From an uncultured bacterium (lineage in GTDB: Bacteria; Patescibacteriota; Minisyncoccia; Phycocordibacterales; UBA1006): a stretch of DNA of 54,085 bases. Location: NCBI GenBank assembly GCA_937868685.1, contig CALMMZ010000232.1:1-54085 (forward strand), read 5' to 3'. Positions 16,701 to 25,327 of the stretch are shown piece by piece. Numbering within the stretch: position 1 is the stretch's first letter; every line of letters begins with the position of its first letter. A program made the position numbers and the translations under genes. The notes under the pieces were generated by a model that did no database searches, had not been told where the DNA came from, and was given only the letters and a program-made list of their open reading frames with translations.

Positions 16701-19025
16701 ATGGAGAACGTGATGGCAATGCCCGTCGAGAAAATCAACACTACAGATAAATTCCAAATTAAGTCTCAATTGGCACGGTTGCTCGCAATTGAGAACATTT
16801 CTATCCGTCACGAACCTTCTTTGAAGACCGCAGGTTTTGACGTTAAAAATCGTGTCCTCTACATTCCTAACTGGACAGGCATTTCAGAATATCTTTATGA
16901 TATGTTGCTGGTGCATGAAGTCGGTCATGCTCTTAACACTCCCACAGAAGGTTGGGGTGAGGCGATTGATTCGATTGCCGCAAAGAACGGTCAAGACAAA
17001 AATATGCGAGCAAAGGCATCTATCAAGGACTTCCTGAACGTTGTGGAAGATGCTCGAATTGACAAACTGCAAAAGCGTCGTTATCCTGGTTCAAAGTCTG
17101 ACTATATTGTCGGTTACAAAGAACTTTTTGAACGTGACTTTTTCGGCATCAAGGGTAGGAATGTTGATGCATTGTCATTCATTGATCGTGCAAACATTTA
17201 CTTCAAAGCAGGTGCACATATCATCGTAAACTTTTCTAATGAAGAAAAGGTTTTCATCAAGCGTATGGAACGTCTCGAAACATTCGAGGAAGTTATTGCT
17301 CTTACGGCCGAAATTTACGAATTCTCAAAGCAGAATTGCACAACTAATTCCAATCACTACATTGAAGATGAAAACGGTGACGTATTCATGGAAATGGATG
17401 ATGAAACTGAAGGTGAAGACAATTCAGAAGAAGGTGGTGAAGACGAATCAGAAGAAGGTGGTGAAGACGAATCAGAAGAAGGTGGTGAAGACGACGGCGA
17501 GGCCGCTGATGGTGATGATCCAGGCGATTCGGAAGATGGCAAAGATTCTGATTCAGGTGATGCAGAAGACGATGAAGATTCTGAAGAAGATCAAAGTGGT
17601 GAAAAGTCTAAGTCAAACAAAGGTCACGGTGGTGATCTGAAGGACGACGACATTGTTCCCGAAAGTTTGACGGAACAATCCGCACGCAAGTCTGTGGAAT
17701 CGATTGTTGATTCTTCTTCAAATAAAATTTTACATGTTAAACTTCCTACTTTTAATGAAAAGGTAATTCAGGACTATAAGATTGTTCTTCCTCGTATGCG
17801 TAATGCCGCATCTGTATCTAGATCGTACAAGTATAGCTATTCTGATAGCTCCACTTATGGTACTCGTATGAATGAATTGGATGTGGAATTGCAAGAGTGG
17901 AAGATGCGTGAAGGCAAGACAATTTCTTTCATGGTGAAAGAATTTGAAATGCGCAAAGCAGCAGCAACTTATGCGAAAATTGCAACTGCTCGTACTGGTG
18001 TAATCGACACAAATCGTTTGCACTCATACAAGTATAATGATGATATTTTCCGTCGTGCTATGACAATCCCCAAGGGTAAGAACCATGGTTTTGTTATGCT
18101 GATCGACTGGTCAGGTTCGATGCAAGGAAACATCAAATCGACTTTGAAGCAGTTGTATACCCTTGTAATGTTCTGTAAGAAAGTTCAAATTCCTTTTGAA
18201 GTGTATTTCTTTAGATCACGCAATGTTGCATGTCCCGATGATGTGCAATTACCACAATCTTATGGTGCAAATGAATTGGTGTTTTCTGCGTTTGCAGTTT
18301 GCAACATTCTTTCTTCTCGCATGAATGCGAATGAATTGAATGAAGCAATGCGTTTGATGTACTACAACGGCCAATTGCGCATCGGTGTTGACACCTTCAC
18401 TAGCACACCTCTTAATCAGTCTATTTTGGTTCTTGACAAGATCGTCAATGAATTTCAAAAGAGAAACAAGATTCAGATTGTGAGCACTATCATTCTGACT
18501 GACGGTGAGTCTGATGTTGTAGGTTCATGGGGTCAGCAAAATCGCGTATATAACGATCAAACTGGTCGATGTGATTATGCAAACTATATGTTGGAGGATC
18601 CTCAAACTAAGCAAACATACTTTATCGACGCAAGCAAACGAGGATGGGAGCGCCGTGGTGTGACTGAAACGTTCTTGAAAATTCTTAAGTCGAGAACCAA
18701 CAGTCATTTGATTGGTTTCTTCATTGCTTCTCGTCAAGGTGAAGTTGAAGAAGTTATGAGTGGTGATCATATGACACCTGATCAAATCAAGTTCTGGAAA
18801 GATAATCACTATCTGGGTCTGAAGAATGCTGGTTATGATGAATATTTTGTAATTAATGTTTCTGCAATGGACCGTTCAGCAAAGATGGATGAAAACATTC
18901 CTATTAGTTCCAACATGTCCATGAAGCGCGCTGCAAAGGTGTTTCAGAAGTTTACAGAAAACAAAACAGTAAACAGATCGATGCTCACTAACTTTATCAA
19001 GTGGATATCATCTGATATTGTTTAG
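16701..19025 (+). CDS. cobT: 'CobT-like' VWA-domain protein with N-terminal HExxH motif and acidic linker
   Basis: 774 aa. HEVGH at nt 16914-16928. Asp/Glu/Gly-rich repeat linker. VWA MIDAS motif LIDWSGSM, then ILTDGESD. Followed by a MoxR/CobS-type AAA+ gene. Confidence 0.8.
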   Translation: MENVMAMPVEKINTTDKFQIKSQLARLLAIENISIRHEPSLKTAGFDVKNRVLYIPNWTGISEYLYDMLLVHEVGHALNTPTEGWGEAIDSIAAKNGQDKNMRAKASIKDFLNVVEDARIDKLQKRRYPGSKSDYIVGYKELFERDFFGIKGRNVDALSFIDRANIYFKAGAHIIVNFSNEEKVFIKRMERLETFEEVIALTAEIYEFSKQNCTTNSNHYIEDENGDVFMEMDDETEGEDNSEEGGEDESEEGGEDESEEGGEDDGEAADGDDPGDSEDGKDSDSGDAEDDEDSEEDQSGEKSKSNKGHGGDLKDDDIVPESLTEQSARKSVESIVDSSSNKILHVKLPTFNEKVIQDYKIVLPRMRNAASVSRSYKYSYSDSSTYGTRMNELDVELQEWKMREGKTISFMVKEFEMRKAAATYAKIATARTGVIDTNRLHSYKYNDDIFRRAMTIPKGKNHGFVMLIDWSGSMQGNIKSTLKQLYTLVMFCKKVQIPFEVYFFRSRNVACPDDVQLPQSYGANELVFSAFAVCNILSSRMNANELNEAMRLMYYNGQLRIGVDTFTSTPLNQSILVLDKIVNEFQKRNKIQIVSTIILTDGESDVVGSWGQQNRVYNDQTGRCDYANYMLEDPQTKQTYFIDASKRGWERRGVTETFLKILKSRTNSHLIGFFIASRQGEVEEVMSGDHMTPDQIKFWKDNHYLGLKNAGYDEYFVINVSAMDRSAKMDENIPISSNMSMKRAAKVFQKFTENKTVNRSMLTNFIKWISSDIV
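17424..17494 (+). repeat. 24-bp in-frame tandem repeat (about 2.9 copies) encoding SEEGGEDE
   Basis: TCAGAAGAAGGTGGTGAAGACGAA is repeated at 17424, 17448 and, partially, 17472. Confidence 0.9.
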
Positions 19026-19039
19026 AAAAATATTCTACG

Positions 19040-19074
19040 TCCAGGGGGGAAAAAGCAAAAATATTTCCCCTGGA
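19040..19074 (+). other. stem-loop after cobT-like gene
   Basis: TCCAGGGG ... CCCCTGGA 8-bp stem. No U-tract follows, and a promoter-like element comes immediately after. Confidence 0.5.
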
Positions 19075-19078
19075 CCAC

Positions 19079-19107
19079 TTGCAAAACCACTATATCTATG
19101 TTATTAT
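19079..19107 (+). promoter_or_regulatory. sigma70-type promoter candidate
   Basis: TTGCAA-N17-TATTAT, 30 nt upstream of the ATG at 19138. Confidence 0.45.
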
Positions 19108-19137
19108 AAGTCACAATTATGAAAGGAAAAGTGACCT

Positions 19138-20370
19138 ATGGCACGACAAACTCGTGAAGATTTTTTGAATGCGGTGCAAAAGGTTCTTGGCAATGTCGAG
19201 ACTGTATCCCGCGACGATATTGAAAAAGTTTGCAATAAGACTGGATTAGTATCCCCTCAGTGGTTGACATCCGATGCTGAAGCTCGAGTTTCGCGTGGTG
19301 TCTATCGTCTTCCTTCCAAGGAAGCAGTCAAATCAAAGTCTGAAAAGACGACTAAAGTTTCCAAGAAAACTAAACTAGCAAAAATTCAATCGGACGTTCC
19401 GGTTGTTAAGAATGATTCCATTTCTACTGTTGGAATGATTGCTCGCGCTAAACCCGAACTTGAAATTACACATCACGACGGTGTGTCTCTCGTTCCTGAA
19501 AAGACAAAGGGTTATGTTCCCTTCGGTCATTTCAATGACGTTCGCACTATTATCAAGTCGGGCGAATTCTATCCCGTATATGTAACTGGTCTTTCTGGTA
19601 ACGGTAAAACTGTTATGATCGAACAGGTCTGTGCGGCAGAGAAGCGGGAGATGATCCGCGTGAATATCATCGCACAAACTGATGAAGACGATTTGCTTGG
19701 CGGTTTCCGTTTGATGGACGGAAAGACTGTTTGGCAAAATGGTCCTGTAGTTGTTGCAATGGAACGCGGTGCAGTCCTATTGCTCGACGAGGTCGATCTT
19801 GGTACTGAAAAGCTTTTGTGTCTGCAACCCGTTCTTGAAGGTAAGCAAATTTACCTAAAGAAGATCAACAAGATTGTAAAACCCGCACCTGGATTTACGA
19901 TCATTGCAACTGCAAACACCAAGGGTAAGGGTTCTGAAGACGGTCGTTTCATTGGTACAAATGTTTTGAATGAAGCATTCCTGGAACGTTTTACTATCAC
20001 ACTTGAACAGGAATATCCTGCGTCTCGTTACGAAACTAAGATTCTCAACAACGTCCTTGCAGCAAAGGAAATTGAGGATGCTCAGTTTGTAAGTCTGCTT
20101 GTCAATTGGGCAGAAATTACTCGCAAGTCATTTGCTGAAGGTGTTGGTACGGAAATTATTTCTACTCGTCGTCTGGTGCATATTTGTCAGACTTACTCAA
20201 TCTTTAAGGATAAGGAAAAGTCTATTACTGCGTGTTTGAATCGTTTCGATGCTGACACAAAGCAATCGTTCCTATCTCTTTACAAGAAACTTGACGAGAG
20301 TATGAATGCACCACCCAAAAATGAGGAAAATAATGTTCCGAAGACGGATAGCGATCCTTTCCCATTCTAA
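19138..20370 (+). CDS. cobS: 'CobS-like' MoxR-family AAA+ ATPase
   Basis: 410 aa. Walker A GLSGNGKT and Walker B LLLDEVD. The N-terminal 130 aa or so precede the ATPase core. Confidence 0.85.
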   Translation: MARQTREDFLNAVQKVLGNVETVSRDDIEKVCNKTGLVSPQWLTSDAEARVSRGVYRLPSKEAVKSKSEKTTKVSKKTKLAKIQSDVPVVKNDSISTVGMIARAKPELEITHHDGVSLVPEKTKGYVPFGHFNDVRTIIKSGEFYPVYVTGLSGNGKTVMIEQVCAAEKREMIRVNIIAQTDEDDLLGGFRLMDGKTVWQNGPVVVAMERGAVLLLDEVDLGTEKLLCLQPVLEGKQIYLKKINKIVKPAPGFTIIATANTKGKGSEDGRFIGTNVLNEAFLERFTITLEQEYPASRYETKILNNVLAAKEIEDAQFVSLLVNWAEITRKSFAEGVGTEIISTRRLVHICQTYSIFKDKEKSITACLNRFDADTKQSFLSLYKKLDESMNAPPKNEENNVPKTDSDPFPF

Positions 20371-20408
20371 GAATTAGCATCCCAAGCTTTTAACTTGGTA
20401 AATGCTAT

Positions 20409-20455
20409 GTGGTACTGGCGGCTGTTTGGTCACTTGTCGCCGGTACCACTTTTTG
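20409..20455 (+). terminator. intrinsic terminator after cobS-like gene
   Basis: GTGGTACTGGCG ... CGCCGGTACCAC forms a 12-bp stem with one G-U pair, followed by TTTTT. Confidence 0.7.
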
Positions 20456-20488
20456 TATGCGTATAGTGACATTAACAAGGAGAACTAC

Positions 20489-20701
20489 ATGAGTCAATTA
20501 ACTCGAATTGCAAAGCACCTTAGACGCAACACCGACGGTCCAGGTATCACACCAGGAAAGTTGGCGTTTTTGGCGGGAGTGCCCAAGAAGGCAGTATATC
20601 GCAGAGTTTCTGATCTTCGCAACGTTGAAGGCAAGGAAATTTATAGCAATACTCGCGTGGTAAATGGGCGCAAGCGCATGTTTTACCGAATTGCGTCTTA
20701 A
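20489..20701 (+). CDS. small helix-turn-helix / winged-helix DNA-binding protein
   Basis: 70 aa from the ATG behind an AAGGAG SD. ITPGKLAFLAGVPKKAVYRRVSDLR is HTH-like. The upstream part of the track ORF covers the terminator. Confidence 0.6.
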   Translation: MSQLTRIAKHLRRNTDGPGITPGKLAFLAGVPKKAVYRRVSDLRNVEGKEIYSNTRVVNGRKRMFYRIAS

Positions 20702-20717
20702 TTTGGTATGATACCTC

Positions 20718-20746
20718 AAAGGGAGACTTCGGTCTCCCTTTTTTTG
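20718..20746 (+). terminator. intrinsic terminator
   Basis: AAAGGGAGAC-ttcg-GTCTCCCTTT followed by a run of T. Confidence 0.85.
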
Positions 20747-20818
20747 TTTTACGTGTGAATTTTTCGTTATGGAGGAGGACTATATACTAATGGGCATCTG
20801 AAAGACCCATTATAAAGT

Positions 20819-21652
20819 ATGGAGAAGTATAATATGGAAATTTCCATTTTAGCGGAAGACTTGCGAAAGGTTAAACTATTTGTTGCCACCCCAATGTATG
20901 GTGGACAGTGTTTTGGAATGTATACCAAAGCAGCATTAGACCTGCAAATGATCTGCGCTCATAGAGGAATAGAAGTCAAGTTTTCTTTCCTGTTCAATGA
21001 AAGTCTAATTACAAGAGCAAGAAACTATATGGTAGATGAATTCCTACGAAGCGGGTTCACTCATATGCTTTTCATTGACTCGGACATTAATTTCAACCCC
21101 GAAGACATTTTGACATTGATTGCACTTGATAAGGACATTATTGGTGGTCCTTATCCTAAGAAGTCAATCAATTGGGGTGCTATCTGGAAAGGTTGCAAGA
21201 AAGTGTTAGCACAACCCAATTTTGATGAATCCAAATGGAACCCTGGAGAGTTAGAAGGCCTCGCCGGGGATTATGTATTTAATCCTGTTCCTGGAACAAA
21301 AGAATTCAGAGTTACTGAACCTCTTGAAGTAATGGAAATTGGTACAGGTTTTATGATGATCAAGAGGTCAGTCTTCCTCAAATTCAAGGATGAATTCCCA
21401 CATCTATCATATAAACCAGATCACATCGGACAACCAAACTTTGATGGATCAAGATACATCCATGCATTTTTTGACACAGTTATTGATCCCAACACCCACA
21501 GATATTTGTCAGAAGACTACATGTTCTGTCAATACTGGAGGTCTATCGGTGGTAAGATTTGGTTGTGTCCATGGATGAAGACTACTCACATTGGTACATA
21601 TGGGTTCCAAGGTGACATGCCAAAAATTGCTGCAATAACCGGAAGTTTGTAG
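20819..21652 (+). CDS. putative GT-A fold glycosyltransferase
   Basis: 277 aa. FVATPMYGG near the N-terminus. ARNYMVDEF and a DxD-like LFIDSDINF. Confidence 0.5.
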   Translation: MEKYNMEISILAEDLRKVKLFVATPMYGGQCFGMYTKAALDLQMICAHRGIEVKFSFLFNESLITRARNYMVDEFLRSGFTHMLFIDSDINFNPEDILTLIALDKDIIGGPYPKKSINWGAIWKGCKKVLAQPNFDESKWNPGELEGLAGDYVFNPVPGTKEFRVTEPLEVMEIGTGFMMIKRSVFLKFKDEFPHLSYKPDHIGQPNFDGSRYIHAFFDTVIDPNTHRYLSEDYMFCQYWRSIGGKIWLCPWMKTTHIGTYGFQGDMPKIAAITGSL

Positions 21653-21699
21653 CACACTCGTTTTTACTAAACATATAAGAAGATTATAAGGAATACAAA

Positions 21700-22383
21700 A
21701 TGAGAAAAGTGATTGGACTGCTAGGTTTTGCCGGCAGTGGTAAAGGAACTGTAGCTGATATTTTGGTGGATCAATATGGTTATACCAAAATATCAATTGC
21801 TGATTCAGTAAAGGATGTTGCATCTGTTTTATTTGGATGGCCCCGAGACTTACTAGAAGGTGACACAAAAGAAAGTCGTGAGTTTAGAGAAACAAAAGAC
21901 TTATTTTGGACTCGCAAACTGGGTTATGATTTTACACCAAGAATGGCACTCCAGAAGATTGGTACTGAAGCAGGTAGGGAAGTGTTTCATCCCGATCTGT
22001 GGATTTTTACTCTTGAGAAAAAACTGGAATATTCAAACAGAATTGTAATTGCAGACACAAGGTTTCCTAACGAGATTCAATTCCTGAAAAATAAAGGTGC
22101 TCAAATTGTAACTGTTACAAGAGGAAATTATCCAGAATGGTATGCCTGGGCAGTAAAACAAAACAGACGAGAACTTTGTTATGATCATATGCAGCAATAC
22201 TATCCCGACGTTCATATTTCCGAATGGGCACGGTTAGGAACAAAGGAAGACTATATTATTCCAAATGAAGGTGATCTAAAAGATTTGGAAAGAGAGGTAA
22301 AATTGTTCTTGCAATGGAAACCAAAACGTGATATTATGACACTATCTGAAAATAAGGAGAACATTTATAATGAAACTATCTGA
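21700..22383 (+). CDS. deoxynucleoside monophosphate kinase-like P-loop kinase (T4 gp1-like)
   Basis: 227 aa. P-loop GFAGSGKGT at the N-terminus. ADTRFPNE motif. Sits before gp45. Confidence 0.6.
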   Translation: MRKVIGLLGFAGSGKGTVADILVDQYGYTKISIADSVKDVASVLFGWPRDLLEGDTKESREFRETKDLFWTRKLGYDFTPRMALQKIGTEAGREVFHPDLWIFTLEKKLEYSNRIVIADTRFPNEIQFLKNKGAQIVTVTRGNYPEWYAWAVKQNRRELCYDHMQQYYPDVHISEWARLGTKEDYIIPNEGDLKDLEREVKLFLQWKPKRDIMTLSENKENIYNETI

Positions 22384-23038
22384 GCAAACAATTAATGTCC
22401 TGAAGAATTTTGCTAATATCCATTCCCGCATTGTGCTTGAACCAGGAAAGGTTCAGAAGACACTCGCGCCTGGGGATATCATCATGGCATCTGCAAACCT
22501 GGAAGAGATTACAGATCATAAGTTTGGAATTTATGACCTCAATCAGTTTCTGGGAAACATTGTTACACTGAAGGATCCTGAACTTGAATTTGGTGACAAG
22601 TTTGTTACTATTTCATCAGGAAGAATCAAGATGAAGTACCATGCATGTCCAACAGAATTGATTGAGGATTCTGATAATGCATTGATCAATCGTGAAGTAA
22701 AGGTGGACAATCCGGACGTGACGTTTACACTTGCCGGTGATGTATTAAATAACATTCTTCGCCTCGCATCGATGAATGAACTACCTCATTTGTCAATCCT
22801 GAGTGAAAGTGGTGAGTTGAAGTTGAGAGTGCATGACCGAGAAAATGATACGTCAAACTTTGTTGACGTTGATCTTGGAACACATGATGAAGACTTCGTT
22901 GCAACATTCAAGGTAGAAAATATCAAACTTATTGCCGATGATTATGTTGTCGATCTTTTGGTTGGTAAATTCGCAAGATTTACTGGTCAGACAAAAGGTG
23001 TGACATATTTCGTTGGCTTGGAGACAAATGATGAGTAA
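22370..23038 (+). CDS. gp45: sliding clamp gp45
   Basis: MKLSEQTINVLKNFANI vs T4 MKLSKDTTALLKNFATI. FGIYDLNQFLG vs T4 VAIYDLNGFLG. 222 aa vs 228 aa in T4. Confidence 0.9.
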   Translation: MKLSEQTINVLKNFANIHSRIVLEPGKVQKTLAPGDIIMASANLEEITDHKFGIYDLNQFLGNIVTLKDPELEFGDKFVTISSGRIKMKYHACPTELIEDSDNALINREVKVDNPDVTFTLAGDVLNNILRLASMNELPHLSILSESGELKLRVHDRENDTSNFVDVDLGTHDEDFVATFKVENIKLIADDYVVDLLVGKFARFTGQTKGVTYFVGLETNDE

Positions 23039-23429
23039 AGACAAATCAAAAAAGAAACCAAAGGTTGAAAAACCAAAAGGTGGATTGGCATTGTCAGAAG
23101 ACAGATACCTTCTTAGGAAGGAAATGCCTGCTTCTGCATTGAAGGAAGTAGTTGACATTTCAGATATTGACTTGAATATTCCTGTCAATGAAAAAGAAGT
23201 AAAGTTATATGCCAAGCAAGATGATGCAGTCCTTTTTGATGATAGTGACAAACCGGTAGGTGTGTATAGAACATATTGTATTCAGCAATTATTCACATAC
23301 ACTGGAGTGCCCAAAGAGGGAGACATTGTATGTTGGTATAACGACCTTGGTCCATTGTGTGGTTCTGCCGGTTATATGTTGCTTCGCGATGGATACGTGA
23401 GAAGCACATATGCGGTTAGACGAGCATAA
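23028..23429 (+). CDS. hypothetical protein with Lys-rich N-terminus
   Basis: 133-aa ORF. The ATG at 23028 is preceded by GGAGA. It overlaps the gp45 stop by 11 nt. Confidence 0.6.
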   Translation: MMSKDKSKKKPKVEKPKGGLALSEDRYLLRKEMPASALKEVVDISDIDLNIPVNEKEVKLYAKQDDAVLFDDSDKPVGVYRTYCIQQLFTYTGVPKEGDIVCWYNDLGPLCGSAGYMLLRDGYVRSTYAVRRA

Positions 23430-23476
23430 TGTTCTTTTGGTTTTGGTTTTGGTATGGTTTTTTTATGGAGAATGAA

Positions 23477-23764
23477 ATGGGACTAATTGGTCATAATAAG
23501 CAGACTGTAACAGTTAATTCGTTGAGTGTTACAGATAAAGAGAAGTTGAAGAATGCAGTAAGTGAATTAAACGATTCAATGACAAGAGTATCAGCAGAGA
23601 AGGACCTCCAAAAGGAGATTGTTGATGACCTGCATGAAAAACTAGGTCTTGAAAAGAAGTTGATTAGACGCCTTGCAAAGACTTACTTCAAGGCAAACTT
23701 CAATGAAGAAATGGAAGAAACAAAGAATTTCGAGGACTTCTACGCACTTCTTCTAACAAAATAA
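23477..23764 (+). CDS. hypothetical protein, possibly T4 DsbA-like dsDNA-binding protein
   Basis: The C-terminal KLGLEKKLIRRLAKTYFKANFNEEMEETKNFEDFYALL resembles my recollection of the T4 DsbA C-terminus. Start is uncertain: 23429, 23465 or 23477, and 23477 has a GGAGA SD. Confidence 0.45.
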   Translation: MGLIGHNKQTVTVNSLSVTDKEKLKNAVSELNDSMTRVSAEKDLQKEIVDDLHEKLGLEKKLIRRLAKTYFKANFNEEMEETKNFEDFYALLLTK

Positions 23765-23778
23765 TCGAAGGATATATT

Positions 23779-24717
23779 ATGAAAGATTTTCTGTGGACTG
23801 AAATATATCGTCCAAAGACTGTGGCGGAATGCATTCTTCCAGATAGGTTGAAGTCTGTATTCCAATCTTACGTGGATAAAAGAGAGATTCCAAATCTCCT
23901 ATTGACAGGTACAGCAGGTGTCGGTAAGACCACAATTGCAATTGCAATGTGTGAGGAAATCGGCATCAACTACATGTTTATCAAATCGTCCGAAGAAAGT
24001 GGTATTGACACAATCCGAAACAAGATTACCAACTATGCATCCACAGTATCATTGATGGGTGATAGAAAGGTAATCATTTTGGACGAGGCCGATGGTCTTT
24101 CACATGAAGCACAAAAGGCATTGAGAGGTGCAATCGAGGCATTCTCAAAGAATTGTACCTTCATTCTGACTTGCAATTACAAGGCAAAGATTATTGAAGC
24201 AATCCACTCACGTTCTGCGGTAATTGACTTCACACTTAGAAGTGAAGAAAAACCAAAGATGGCATCATTGTTCTATAAGAGACTTTGTGCAATTCTCAAA
24301 GAACAGAATGTGGAATATAAGCAAGATGTTCTTGTGAAAATTGTTGAGAAGTATTTTCCCGACTTCAGACGAATTGTAAATGAGTTGCAAAGGTATTCAT
24401 CGACTGGAAAGATCGATGAAACCACTCTTGCTCAAATCAATGCAATCAAGAATATCTCTGATCTTGTTGCTCTATTGAAAGACAAGAATTGGTCTGGTAT
24501 GCGTAAATGGGTAACACTAAACTCAGATACAGACCAGGCAACAATCAATCGAAAGATTTACAATGGCATGAGTGAATTTCTGAAACCAGAAAGCATCCCC
24601 CAATGCGTTGTGATTATTGGTAGGTATCAGTATCAGGCAGCATTTGTCAGTGATTTAGAAATAAACATGGTTGCAATGTTGACTGAAATCATGGTAGAGT
24701 GTGAATTTTTACCATAA
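23779..24717 (+). CDS. gp44: clamp loader large subunit gp44 (AAA+)
   Basis: YRPKTVAECILP vs T4 YRPSTIDECILP. Walker A GTAGVGKTT. Walker B ILDEADG. PDFRRIVNELQ vs T4 PDFRKTIGELD. Confidence 0.95.
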   Translation: MKDFLWTEIYRPKTVAECILPDRLKSVFQSYVDKREIPNLLLTGTAGVGKTTIAIAMCEEIGINYMFIKSSEESGIDTIRNKITNYASTVSLMGDRKVIILDEADGLSHEAQKALRGAIEAFSKNCTFILTCNYKAKIIEAIHSRSAVIDFTLRSEEKPKMASLFYKRLCAILKEQNVEYKQDVLVKIVEKYFPDFRRIVNELQRYSSTGKIDETTLAQINAIKNISDLVALLKDKNWSGMRKWVTLNSDTDQATINRKIYNGMSEFLKPESIPQCVVIIGRYQYQAAFVSDLEINMVAMLTEIMVECEFLP

Positions 24718-24725
24718 CTAAATAT

Positions 24726-24751
24726 ATTTGTCGCAGTTGTCTGCGACAAAT
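24726..24751 (+). promoter_or_regulatory. perfect 11-bp stem-loop abutting the SD of the HNH gene
   Basis: ATTTGTCGCAG-ttgt-CTGCGACAAAT. The GGAGG SD begins at 24752, and no U-tract follows. Confidence 0.7.
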
Positions 24752-24761
24752 GGAGGTTAGG

Positions 24762-25289
24762 ATGATAACAAACGAAACCAGACGGAAAATGTCTGAATCG
24801 GCAAAGAAAAGAGTTGCTAGGGGCATACTCCCAGATAATACTGGGAAATCACCTTGGAACAAAGGTAAAACTGCAGCTGATGATAAAAGAATTGGAGAAT
24901 ATGCAAATAAACAAAAAGGACAAAAAAGAACAGGTAATTATTTTTCTCCCATACGATGGAAAGGTAAAGATAATCCATGGTATGGAAAACAAAGAAAAGG
25001 ATCAGATAGTCCAAGATGGGTCGAGCATCGTCATTCTAGGGAGTATAAAGATTTTTATAACAGTGTAATTTGGGAAAGTGAAAAGACATACATAAAATAT
25101 AAGAATGAAATAAACCCATATGATCATCCAAGAACACTTTGTGGCGTTCCTGGAGGTTATCAATTAGACCATATAAAGTCAATTGATTTTGGATGGAAAA
25201 ATGGGTTAACAATTGAAGAATTGAGCTGTAAAGAAAATTTACAAATGTTATTATGGGAAGAAAATATAAAGAAATCTAACAAACAATGA
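24762..25289 (+). CDS. HNH homing endonuclease with N-terminal NUMOD3-like repeats
   Basis: PWNKGKT and NPWYGKQ NUMOD3-like motifs. C-terminal YQLDHIKSI...NLQMLLWEENIKKSN is an HNH core. AT-rich and Lys-rich. An alternative ATG at 24750 lies inside the hairpin. Confidence 0.8.
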   Translation: MITNETRRKMSESAKKRVARGILPDNTGKSPWNKGKTAADDKRIGEYANKQKGQKRTGNYFSPIRWKGKDNPWYGKQRKGSDSPRWVEHRHSREYKDFYNSVIWESEKTYIKYKNEINPYDHPRTLCGVPGGYQLDHIKSIDFGWKNGLTIEELSCKENLQMLLWEENIKKSNKQ

Positions 25290-25327
25290 ATTCCTATAAA
25301 TATCCAACAACCCAAAGGGGGAAGGAT

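Noticed and set aside
17424-17494. Regular 24-bp repeats, checked as a possible CRISPR-like or iteron array.
   Set aside because: The repeats are directly adjacent with no spacers. They are in frame and encode the acidic linker of a protein.
17239-17640. 133-aa Lys/Val-rich + strand ORF in an alternative frame inside the CobT-like gene.
   Set aside because: It is produced by reading the GAAGA-rich acidic repeat in another frame. It lies completely inside a well-supported gene, and its repetitive KKVVKTNQ sequence mirrors the DNA repeat.
19040-19074. Stem-loop after the CobT-like gene, considered as an intrinsic terminator.
   Set aside because: No U-tract follows the stem, so I report it only as a hairpin next to a promoter candidate.
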